Source of the DNA: Candidatus Doudnabacteria bacterium
Lineage (GTDB): Bacteria; Patescibacteriota; Doudnabacteria; UBA920
Length of the DNA: 64,000 bases
Direction of reading: 5' to 3'
NCBI GenBank assembly: GCA_963837465.1
Contig: CAWINB010000001.1
Coordinates: 565,646-629,645 of the forward strand
Positions within the stretch are counted from its first letter, which is position 1. Each line of letters opens with the position of its first letter. Below are positions 9,004 to 17,591 of the stretch, in pieces. Made by a program: the position numbers and the translations under genes. The notes beneath the pieces were generated by a model, which searched no databases, was not told the origin of the DNA, and saw only the letters and a list, made by a program, of their open reading frames with translations.

Positions 9004-10353
9004 TTAATTATTATTGCCTAAATTATTAATATCGGTTTGGTATTTGGCTGTTGTGGCCATGACGCTATCGCCGTAAAAACTGTAGGCCGGGTTGGTGCCT
9101 CCGGAAAAATAACGCATAGCCGCGTCCCAATCTCCCTGGTAAGTCCCGTCCGCGCCGCCAGCCGTAAGCTTTATGGCCGAGGCCAAAAAAGCGTCGCGGA
9201 TGTCCCAGGGGTTGGCCGGCTTGCCGGTAATGGCCGCGACTTTGGCTTCGTAGCCCACCCAGGTGGAAGGAATAAACTGCGCGGGCCCCATAGCTCCGCC
9301 CCAACCCTCCTGCTGGCCGTTTTTATCGCGCAGCGGGCAGGACACGGGAGTAACGTTTGGATCCAAACCCAAACTGGCTGTAATTTGCAAAAATGGCTGG
9401 ATGTCCCGGCTTGGCTTCATGACTACTTTATAACTCTTGCTTGGCGGGTCGCCGGGCCGGTTGCAAGTACCCACATTCTGGCCCAGGTTGGATTCCTGGG
9501 TTAAAATCGCCAGTAAAAAAGCCGGCTGGATGCCTGTCTGGGCCGAGGCCCACTGGGCAATCTGCAAAGCCTGGCCAAAATTAATCTGGCTGCTGACCCC
9601 GAGTAGCTGGTACAGACGGCTTTGAATGGCCGCGGCCTGCGCCTTGGTATCGTTAACCACAATCTGGTAGTCCGCCTCCCGGCCTTTGGTTTGCTGGAGC
9701 AAACTATTTTGCTGGCCCACAGTATCGCTGAGCTGGCTTTGCTGGAGTATGCTGATTGACAATAAATTTTGGTCATCCTGCTGCTCGGATTGCAACTGCT
9801 GCTGCTGCTGCGCCAGTTTCTGGCTGGCTTGATTTAGCTGGCCCACCAGTCCGGTCAGTCCGGTGGAAACCTGAGCGTAATCGGCGTAAGCGGAAAAGAC
9901 ATCGGAAAGTTTCTGCTCGCTGACCACGGTGTATAAAAACGAGTAGTCGTCATTTTCATTGATGGCTCTGATTATGGAAGAAACCTGTCCCCGCAGATTT
10001 TGGACCTGGGCATTGTTCTGGTCTATGGAATTTTCGGTCGCGGTAATCTGCCCGCTTAACTGATTGACCTGCAAATTGGTCTCCTGAATTTGCAAATTCA
10101 AAATTGCCTGCTGTTTTTTTAGCTGGTTGATTTTATTTTGCAGGGTATTTTTTTGGGCCTGGGTCTGGTCCAGTTGCTGCTGATACTGCTGAATTTGTTC
10201 CTGCAGCTGCTGCAGCTGCTGCTGTAATTGCTGTTGCTGCTGGTCCTGAGCGGGCTCTGCCAGCTGGGCCAGAGCCGCGGGAAAACCCGCTGAAACAAAT
10301 ATGAGAAAAAAAACAAGCGCTGCCGAAAAACTGACTCTTTTTAGAATAGTCAT
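9004..10353 (-). CDS. secreted Q-rich coiled-coil protein with C-terminal MltB-like lytic transglycosylase domain
   Basis: signal peptide, Q-rich heptads, C-terminal LTQESNLG ... AMGPAQFIPSTW motif of family 3 lytic transglycosylases. Confidence 0.8.
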   Translation of the reverse strand: MTILKRVSFSAALVFFLIFVSAGFPAALAQLAEPAQDQQQQQLQQQLQQLQEQIQQYQQQLDQTQAQKNTLQNKINQLKKQQAILNLQIQETNLQVNQLSGQITATENSIDQNNAQVQNLRGQVSSIIRAINENDDYSFLYTVVSEQKLSDVFSAYADYAQVSTGLTGLVGQLNQASQKLAQQQQQLQSEQQDDQNLLSISILQQSQLSDTVGQQNSLLQQTKGREADYQIVVNDTKAQAAAIQSRLYQLLGVSSQINFGQALQIAQWASAQTGIQPAFLLAILTQESNLGQNVGTCNRPGDPPSKSYKVVMKPSRDIQPFLQITASLGLDPNVTPVSCPLRDKNGQQEGWGGAMGPAQFIPSTWVGYEAKVAAITGKPANPWDIRDAFLASAIKLTAGGADGTYQGDWDAAMRYFSGGTNPAYSFYGDSVMATTAKYQTDINNLGNNN

Positions 10354-10586
10354 AATATAATAATAGCAATTTATGGCCTAATTTTCCATATCCGGATTTG
10401 GGGTTTGTTGCCAATTGTCGTTTTGATTAAAAATTCATAACTTTGGCCATTCGGCCAAAAAAATTTATCAGCTTAACCAAAAGTTAAACGTCAAAATTTG
10501 TTTTGACCGACTGCCTCAAAATTCTTAATTTTTACCCCAAAAGCCCATTTGGCAACAGGCCCTTTGCTAAAAAAATTAAACCCATC

Positions 10587-10614
10587 AAAAAGGCTCTTTT
10601 TATAAAAGAGCCTT
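10587..10614 (-). terminator. hairpin aaaggctctttt/aaaagagccttt with U-run on minus strand
   Basis: downstream of ABC permease gene end (10656). Confidence 0.4.
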
Positions 10615-10655
10615 TGGCAGCGGCTGTGAATGCGCGGCGAAATGTGAAAACGAAA

Positions 10656-11414
10656 TTATATCTGTATCTTGGAAAAAAGATAGCTGCCGACCGATAAAAA
10701 AACCAGGGTAATCACAGCCAGAACAGCAACGTCCGTTCCCAGGGTATAATGTCCGGAATTGGCGAGCAGTATCCGCAAAGCGTCTATGCCGTAAGACAGC
10801 GGATCTATTTTAATTATATAAGTCAGGGCCGTGGGCAAGCCGCTAAGGGGAAACAAAGCGCCGGAAAGGAAAAATAAAGGCATGACCAGAAAATTCATAA
10901 TAAGCTGGAAGCCCTGCATGTCCTGAAGCTGTGAGGCAATGGCCGTGCCCAAGGCCGTAAACAGCAGGGCTATAAGCAGCATAACTAAAACTGCCGGCAA
11001 AACCAGAGCCCAGTTATACGGCCGGAAACCGGGAACCAGCGCCAGGCAGAATACAATTATCCCCTGGATGGCGGCAATGGTGGCGCCGCCCAAAGTGCGG
11101 CCTATCATTATGTTAAAACGCGAAACGGGCGCGACCATTGTTTCCTTTAAAAAACCGAACTGGCGGTCCCAAATAACCTGGATGCCGGAAAAAATGGAAG
11201 TAAAAATCAGGCTCATGCCGATTATGCCCGGCGCCAAAAAATTGATGTAATTCCCCTGTCCGGCTTTGGCAAATACCGAACCCAAACCATAGCCCAAAGC
11301 CAGCAAAAATAACAGGGGCTGGCCCAAAGAGCCCACTATTCTGGATTTGGAACGCGAGTAACGCTTTAATTCCCTGAGCCACATTATGTAGATAGTCTTC
11401 ATGGGATTGTCCAA
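10656..11414 (-). CDS. ABC-2 type transporter permease
   Basis: six TM segments, ABC-2 family signature; likely true start at ATG 11400-11402. Confidence 0.85.
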   Translation of the reverse strand: MDNPMKTIYIMWLRELKRYSRSKSRIVGSLGQPLLFLLALGYGLGSVFAKAGQGNYINFLAPGIIGMSLIFTSIFSGIQVIWDRQFGFLKETMVAPVSRFNIMIGRTLGGATIAAIQGIIVFCLALVPGFRPYNWALVLPAVLVMLLIALLFTALGTAIASQLQDMQGFQLIMNFLVMPLFFLSGALFPLSGLPTALTYIIKIDPLSYGIDALRILLANSGHYTLGTDVAVLAVITLVFLSVGSYLFSKIQI

Positions 11415-11852
11415 GATTAAATAAGATTAAAAGATTGACCAAAATTTATTTCGTGCGCTGGTTTTTAATTGCGGAATTCTTTGACGCTACCATTATAGCG
11501 GTAACTTCATCAGCTTCCTGTAATAACTGCTTCACCTGATCGTCTTTTATAATATCTGAATCGCTTAACAATTCCAGCCAAAACGCGCTTCGTCCGCTTC
11601 TTCAATTACAATGCCAAGCTTGGCAATAAAATCTCTGGCTGATTTTGCCCTGCAGGCCGCGCGATAATTAGCCGCAACTGATGTTCCTGATCTAAATATT
11701 TTCCTGCCTATAAATTTTCCTGTCGGATGTTTTTCTAAAAATTCCGCGAGCTTCATTATTCTTAAAGCGAACTTCTTTGTCCTGTCCTGTAAATCCCTGG
11801 GCGTTATAATTCTGTCAATTTTGTTCAATACTGGTCAATCTTGGTCAATCCC
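11403..11852. mobile_element. MITE-like insertion with 16-bp terminal inverted repeats carrying a four-helix-bundle gene
   Basis: gggattgtccaagatt (11403-11418) vs reverse complement of aatcttggtcaatccc (11837-11852), 15/16 match; internal tandem sub-repeats aagatta x3 and tggtcaatc x2; sits between the two genes of an ABC transporter. Confidence 0.4.
11565..11828 (-). CDS. four-helix bundle protein (TIGR02436, 23S rRNA intervening-sequence protein family), C-terminally short
   Basis: DLQDRTKKFALRIMKLAEF ... GTSVAANYRAACRAKSARDFIAKLGIVIEEADE matches family; 87 aa vs about 115 typical. Confidence 0.7.
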   Translation of the reverse strand: MNKIDRIITPRDLQDRTKKFALRIMKLAEFLEKHPTGKFIGRKIFRSGTSVAANYRAACRAKSARDFIAKLGIVIEEADEARFGWNC

Positions 11853-12677
11853 CTATCTTCTTCCCCCGCCCGTCCGCATTTGATGCATGTTGCGCAATTG
11901 GTCGGTTGAATTGGCTTCTTCATCGCGGATTTCACTGCCGGTTAGCTTTAAGAAAGCATCTTCCAAAGAACCGGTTTGCGTTTGGGCCTGCAGTTCCGCC
12001 GAGGTACCGGTGGCGATTATTTTGCCGTGGTCTATAATGGCAATCCTTTGGGCGATGCGGCTGGCCTCTTCCATATAATGCGTGGTAAAAAATACGGTCA
12101 CGCCTTCGTCTTTGTTAAGCTTTTGCAAATAAGTCCACATGTGGTTGCGGGTCTGCGGGTCCAGGCCCAAAGTCGGCTCGTCCAAAAAAATGACTTTGGG
12201 ATGGTGCAAAAGTCCGCGCGCGATTTCCAGACGCCGTTTCATACCGCCTGAAAATTCTTTTATCAAACTGTCTTTTCTGTCCCACAGCTCCACGAACTTC
12301 ATCAGCTCTTCTATTCTTTTCCGGCGCAGGGATTTTTCCACGCCGTAAAGCACGCCGTGGAATTCCATATTTTCCCAGGCCGTAAGGTCATCATCCAAAC
12401 TGGGGTCCTGAAACACAATACCAAAGGAACGGCGCGCGGCGGCGGATTCATCTACCGGGTTATGGCCGTTCAGCCTGATGCTACCGGAACTGGGGTTAAG
12501 CAACGTGGTCAACATTTTAATGGTGGTGGACTTACCCGCTCCGTTCGGTCCCAAAAAAGCGAAAATTTCGCCTTGTTTAACGTCAAAGGAAATATTGTCA
12601 ACCGCGACAAAATCGCCGAATTTGCGGACCAGATTTTTTACTTCAATAATATTGCCTGTCCCGTTGGAAGTATCCAT
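11853..12677 (-). CDS. ABC transporter ATP-binding protein
   Basis: Walker A GPNGAGKST, signature LSGGMKRR, Walker B IFLDEPT; 27-aa C-terminal extension running into the right inverted repeat. Confidence 0.9.
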   Translation of the reverse strand: MDTSNGTGNIIEVKNLVRKFGDFVAVDNISFDVKQGEIFAFLGPNGAGKSTTIKMLTTLLNPSSGSIRLNGHNPVDESAAARRSFGIVFQDPSLDDDLTAWENMEFHGVLYGVEKSLRRKRIEELMKFVELWDRKDSLIKEFSGGMKRRLEIARGLLHHPKVIFLDEPTLGLDPQTRNHMWTYLQKLNKDEGVTVFFTTHYMEEASRIAQRIAIIDHGKIIATGTSAELQAQTQTGSLEDAFLKLTGSEIRDEEANSTDQLRNMHQMRTGGGRR

Positions 12678-12683
12678 AATCTA

Positions 12684-12850
12684 TAAGAGCCTGTTTAATA
12701 AATTGCTTTTGCAGCGAAATTTCAGGAATTGGAGCGAAAAAGTTGAAGAAAAATGAGGCGATACCAGGGAGTATCGGTGAATTTTGATGAGACTTTTGCA
12801 GCCCAATTCCTGAAATTGCAGCCAAAATGAATTTTTAAACAGGCTCTAAA
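12684..12850. repeat. nested inverted-repeat element (outer agagcctgtttaa, inner gcagcgaaatttcaggaattgg / ccaattcctgaaattgcagcc)
   Basis: 26-mer agagcctgtttaataaattgcttttg recurs exactly at 62197-62222. Confidence 0.45.
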
Positions 12851-13079
12851 TAAAATCTATTTAACACCCTGTTACTTTATGGCGTAAAAAAGATAGTTAA
12901 TTAACTTCTTTACTGGATCCATAATTTTATTACGCTAAGTCCTGATAAGGTTAATATTAGCACAAAAAAGATTTTTTTTGAATACCTTGTCCTCACCCAT
13001 ATGATACCCCAACTAAAAAGACGCTCCGCTTCAACCCAAAGGCCAAAGCAGAGCGCCGAAGAAATCAAGCTATAGGAGA

Positions 13080-14507
13080 CTAACGCGCAAATTCATAAGT
13101 GTAAGAAAGCCAAAGCCTCTTGTCCCACAATTTGCGGCTAGTATCGTAATAGCCATAAAAGTTCACAACTTTCACCATTTGGCCCCAAAGTTTATTTGGG
13201 ACCCGCAAGAGCTGTCCGGCATTTACCATCAGGCCAATATCTCGCTCCGGCCATCTTCCGTTTGCTACAACATGCCGCTCTTCCAGCTCCGCACTAAAGC
13301 CGATTAAGGCTTTACATAGGGTAGAACGGCACTCGGGCGGACCACGAAGATTTTGGACGTGCCTGTCCACCGAAGCGGTTTTACTACCCTTAAAACCGAA
13401 CGTCAGCCTATTGAACAGGATTAAATGCAAACCCTTCCAGTCGAAGTTGGCGTTTACAAACGCCCCGGTAGCGTCGACCTTCCCCAGAAGGAAGTTATAC
13501 TGCGGACCAAAGACGGCAGTTACGGCGGCGTGCGAGCCAAAACGATAATTACTGCCGATTCCCGTAAAGCTTGAAGCCGCGCCGGTGTCCAGGCTTTTCT
13601 GGTCCTGGTGTATTAGCGAAAACCATCCGTCCTTAAAAATAAGGATAGTTTGGCGAGTATGCTCGGAATCGGCAAAAGCCAAAACCTGAATAGTCGCAGG
13701 AGGCGATGCCTGGGGCGGATCTGTAACGGTCCCGTCGGGAGCTACCGCCGAAACCTTGCCCGGGTCGCTTTCAGGTTTGCCGCCGGCTTTTTGGGCCTTA
13801 GCAACGCCCAAAGAAAATACCGACAGGACCAACGCCAGGCCATAGCACGGGGCGTAGGTACACGCCCAAGCCAGCCAAACGATTTTGCGTACCGGTTGTT
13901 TGACGAGCAGGAAATACAATCCTGCCGGCCAAAAAGCTAGAGCTGGCAGAAGTGTCCACGGCCGATCCCACATCGGGTTTTCGCCGCGGCTAAAGCGGAA
14001 TGCCAGCCAGAAAGGTATAGCGAGCACTACGGTGAGCCAATAGTTACTAGCTTCGTACTGCAAGAGCGGACCGAAATCGTAGTGATATGAGACAGGGCTA
14101 AACTGGCTAGCCTGTCGAAATTCCTCACTATTAGTTAAACGAGAAAAACGGTCCCTGAATTCAGAGTCGTCGCCTCGCTGGGTATCGCGCAACCGACTTT
14201 CGTCGGACATAATTAACTCAATGCGCTTTTTAACGGCGCCGTTCGTTACGTGGCCTTCAAGGTAAACAAGCCGCAGCAAATGGCGGTAAGCCATTTCTGG
14301 ACTGTACGCGGTGTTAGTGTTTATGTCGCTGCTAATTTTTCGCAGATCGCTAAGAGCGGCCTCATCAGCAACGACATCGCCGGGCTTTAGGTTGCTCGTG
14401 GAGTAACACAATCTACTCCACACCGCCTTGTCCCAAGGTATAACCTTGGCGACCATGGCGGACAACAATAGTCCGGCAAGAATGGTGAAGAAAGTTCTAT
14501 TCTTCAT
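13080..14507 (-). CDS. hypothetical Trp/Arg-rich membrane or secreted protein, compositionally atypical
   Basis: 475-aa ORF with N-terminal hydrophobic segment, GGAGGA RBS; GC content clearly above neighbours. Confidence 0.6.
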   Translation of the reverse strand: MKNRTFFTILAGLLLSAMVAKVIPWDKAVWSRLCYSTSNLKPGDVVADEAALSDLRKISSDINTNTAYSPEMAYRHLLRLVYLEGHVTNGAVKKRIELIMSDESRLRDTQRGDDSEFRDRFSRLTNSEEFRQASQFSPVSYHYDFGPLLQYEASNYWLTVVLAIPFWLAFRFSRGENPMWDRPWTLLPALAFWPAGLYFLLVKQPVRKIVWLAWACTYAPCYGLALVLSVFSLGVAKAQKAGGKPESDPGKVSAVAPDGTVTDPPQASPPATIQVLAFADSEHTRQTILIFKDGWFSLIHQDQKSLDTGAASSFTGIGSNYRFGSHAAVTAVFGPQYNFLLGKVDATGAFVNANFDWKGLHLILFNRLTFGFKGSKTASVDRHVQNLRGPPECRSTLCKALIGFSAELEERHVVANGRWPERDIGLMVNAGQLLRVPNKLWGQMVKVVNFYGYYDTSRKLWDKRLWLSYTYEFAR

Positions 14508-14618
14508 CTTGTATGTCCTCCTTTGGGGACCTTTTATAGTACCAAAACAGCTGGAAAAAGTCTAGCCTTTGCAAGCATGATTGCCAAAACTGTTGCAAAA
14601 AGCTAAAATATCATCATT

Positions 14619-15539
14619 ATGAATAAAAAAATTGTCACAATTGGCCTCATCCAAAGCAAAGTATCAGCCGATGCTGCTGCTAACTTAATAAAGACGGAAG
14701 AAATGATACGGCAAGCCGCCCAAAAAGGCGCGCAGATTGTTTGTTTGCCTGAATTATTTCTCTCGCCATACTTTTGTCAGGGGCCAAAGGACAAGAACAA
14801 CTTCAAACTGGCGGAAACCGTACCGGGGCCAACCACCGCATTACTATCCAAGCTGGCAAAAGAATATCGCGTGGTTATTCTTTGCTCAATCTTTGAAAAA
14901 ACCAAAGAAAAAAAATATTATAACAGCTTAGTAGTTATCGGCACTCGCGGTCAGATAATAGGTACTTATCATAAAATGCACATCCCCTCGCTTCCAATAG
15001 ACTACTACTCGGAAAATTATTATTTCCAAAAAGGCGACACAAACTTTAAAGTGTTTAAAACGGAATACGGTACTATTGGGACTCTAATTTGCTATGACCA
15101 ATGGTTTCCTGAGGCAGCCCGCATTGCCGCCGCAAAAGGCGCCCAGATCCTTTTCTATCCCACCGCAATAGGCTGGCCGGAAGGCAACCCAAAATGGAAA
15201 AAGAAAGCCGAGCATGAAGCTTGGCAAATTACTCAAAGAAGCCACGGCATTGACAACAATCTTTTTATTGCCGCTGTGAACCGAATTGGGCTGGAAAAAA
15301 ATATCAGGTTTTGGGGGGGCTCATTTGTTAGCGACCCTTATGGCCGCGTGCTTGCTCAAGCATCGACCAACAAAGAGGAAATTTTAATAGTGCCTATAGA
15401 CTTTTCGGTTACCGAAAAAATGCGTGAAGAATGGCCTTTTTTGGATGAGCGAAGAATAAAAATGGAAAACATTGACACTTCAATAAAATCCAAAAATGTC
15501 GCGCGCTACAAAGATGAAAAGAAAGCTTTGGGAGAGTAA
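14619..15539 (+). CDS. aguB: N-carbamoylputrescine amidase (carbon-nitrogen hydrolase family)
   Basis: nitrilase-superfamily motifs CLPELF and LICYDQWFPE; adjacent to agmatine deiminase. Confidence 0.8.
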   Translation: MNKKIVTIGLIQSKVSADAAANLIKTEEMIRQAAQKGAQIVCLPELFLSPYFCQGPKDKNNFKLAETVPGPTTALLSKLAKEYRVVILCSIFEKTKEKKYYNSLVVIGTRGQIIGTYHKMHIPSLPIDYYSENYYFQKGDTNFKVFKTEYGTIGTLICYDQWFPEAARIAAAKGAQILFYPTAIGWPEGNPKWKKKAEHEAWQITQRSHGIDNNLFIAAVNRIGLEKNIRFWGGSFVSDPYGRVLAQASTNKEEILIVPIDFSVTEKMREEWPFLDERRIKMENIDTSIKSKNVARYKDEKKALGE

Positions 15540-15606
15540 ACACAGCGCGGTTGCTAGATTTATTGAGCCTTTACTAGAATCTCATAAATGAAACAGCCAA
15601 GGAAAA

Positions 15607-16662
15607 ATGCCCGACACGCCAAATAAATTAGGTTTTCATTTGCCCGCGGAATGGGAAAAACATTCCGCTGTTTGGCTTGCTTGGCCGCATGATAGAATCA
15701 GTTTTCCCAATTTGGAAGGAGTGGAAAATGCTGTTGTAAAAATTGTTGCCGCTGTTCATTTTCACGAACAGGTTGAATTGCTTGTTTTAAATGATTCAAT
15801 GCTTCAGCGTACTAGTGCAATAATGCAAAAAGCTGGCATGGATTTATCTAAAATTACTTTCCACATTGTTGACTATATGGACGCCTGGATGCGCGACTGC
15901 GGGCCTTGTTTTTTAAAAAACCCCCAAACAAACGAGCCGGCCTGGATAAAATGGACTTACAATGTCTACGGCGGAAAGTTCCCCAACCTCTTAAAAGACA
16001 ACGAGATAATGCTTAAACTTAGGCGGGAAATTAACGCCCGGATGTTTGAACCGGGAATAGTAATGGAAGGCGGCGCTTTTGACGTTAACGGCCAAGGCAC
16101 ATTAATTACAACCGAGCAATGTTTGCTAAACCCAAATCGCAACCCCAATTTAAACAAGGAAGAAATTGAAAAATATTTAAGAGACTACCTTGGCGTAAGT
16201 AAAATTATTTGGCTCAAAAAAGGTTTAGTGGGCGACCATACAGACGGGCATATAGATGACGTGGCAAAATTTGTTTCAGAGAACAAAATTGTCTGCTCTT
16301 GGGAAGCAGATGCAACCGATGGTAATTATAAAATTTTAGAGGAAAACTACCAGGCCTTGTTAAAAGCTGCTGATCAAAACGGTAAGCCCTTTGAAGTCAT
16401 AAAGCTCCCAATGGCGCATATGACTTACGCCGATGACAAGCCTTTTGAAAAAGGCGGCAAGGCACCCGCTTCCTATACCAATTTTTATATCGGGAACGAA
16501 ACTATTTTAGCGCCAACCTACAACGACCCGAACGACGCCAAAGCCCTGGAGATTTTACAATCCTGTTTTCCTGATAGAAAAGTTGCGCCCATTGACTGCT
16601 CCGATATTATTTACGGCGGCGGCGCGATTCATTGCATGACCCAGCAGCAGCCAGCCATATGA
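15607..16662 (+). CDS. aguA: agmatine deiminase
   Basis: PAEWEKHSAVWLAWPH N-terminus and C-terminal GGGAIHCMTQQ typical of agmatine deiminase. Confidence 0.9.
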   Translation: MPDTPNKLGFHLPAEWEKHSAVWLAWPHDRISFPNLEGVENAVVKIVAAVHFHEQVELLVLNDSMLQRTSAIMQKAGMDLSKITFHIVDYMDAWMRDCGPCFLKNPQTNEPAWIKWTYNVYGGKFPNLLKDNEIMLKLRREINARMFEPGIVMEGGAFDVNGQGTLITTEQCLLNPNRNPNLNKEEIEKYLRDYLGVSKIIWLKKGLVGDHTDGHIDDVAKFVSENKIVCSWEADATDGNYKILEENYQALLKAADQNGKPFEVIKLPMAHMTYADDKPFEKGGKAPASYTNFYIGNETILAPTYNDPNDAKALEILQSCFPDRKVAPIDCSDIIYGGGAIHCMTQQQPAI

Positions 16663-17246
16663 ATGACATCTATCAAAATTTTACAGAACTTGCATCCCGC
16701 AAAAAAAAAGGAAAAGATTTTCGCATAATTTATAAAGTCAGCAGTTTAAACTGGATGATTATGGCGCCTCATGGCGGCAGGATTGAACCAGGAACTTCCG
16801 AAATAGCCATAGCGATAGCCGGCGGCGGACAATTTTCTTTTTACTGTTTTGAGGGAATAAAACCATCGAACAATAAAATTCTGCATATTACCAGCGCGAA
16901 CTTTGACGAACCCAAAGCTTTGGAGCTTGCCTCTCAAGCGGAGCAAATTTTGACAATTCATTGCTGCAGAGTGGAAGAAGAAGCGGAAATATTAATCGGG
17001 GGAATGGACGAGGGCAATAAAAACTTGGCGCAGAAGATATTGGCAAGCCATGACTATGATGCCAAAATAGCCACAAAAAAACTGCTCGGTACCAACCCTC
17101 TAAATATTTGCAACCGCGGCAAGAAAAAAATGGGGGTACAGCTTGAACTTAGACGGGACTTTTTAAAACAACTTCTGAAACACCAAAGCCAAAAATCTTT
17201 TTTTGTGGAAACAATAACAAGCTTTTTGAAACACTCAAATATCTAA
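16632..17246 (+). CDS. poly-gamma-glutamate hydrolase family (PF05908-like) protein
   Basis: MIMAPHGGRIEPGTSEIA motif; overlaps aguA end, real start probably internal Met. Confidence 0.65.
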   Translation: MHDPAAASHMNDIYQNFTELASRKKKGKDFRIIYKVSSLNWMIMAPHGGRIEPGTSEIAIAIAGGGQFSFYCFEGIKPSNNKILHITSANFDEPKALELASQAEQILTIHCCRVEEEAEILIGGMDEGNKNLAQKILASHDYDAKIATKKLLGTNPLNICNRGKKKMGVQLELRRDFLKQLLKHQSQKSFFVETITSFLKHSNI

Positions 17247-17521
17247 GAAGATGTTTAAAAAGTGCTTTGTAGGCGAAATTACAGAATTTTGCGCGGATTG
17301 ACGGAAACAAATTTTGACGTTTAGCCTAAAGCTAAGCGGAAAAATTTTTTTCGGCAAGGCGCCAAACATTCTGGAATTGCGGCCCAAATGACTTTTTAAA
17401 CAGCTTCTAACGCCGCTTTTGACATACCACCCATATCTGTTAGAATAATTTCATAAATCAACCCCGCTTGAACTATCTCTGTAGGAATTCGCGGAAAAGA
17501 ATTAATGCCGTTCCACGGAGT

Positions 17522-17583
17522 GTAGTTAGCTCATTTATGAGCTGTCAAAATTAGAATAACAGCCGATAAATCGGCTAACTACA
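17522..17583. repeat. 62-bp palindromic intergenic element, copy 1
   Basis: gtagttagctcatttatgagctg...aacagccgataaatcggctaactaca; two internal 16-bp palindromes; second copy at 30026-30084. Confidence 0.6.
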
Positions 17584-17591
17584 ATTCACTG

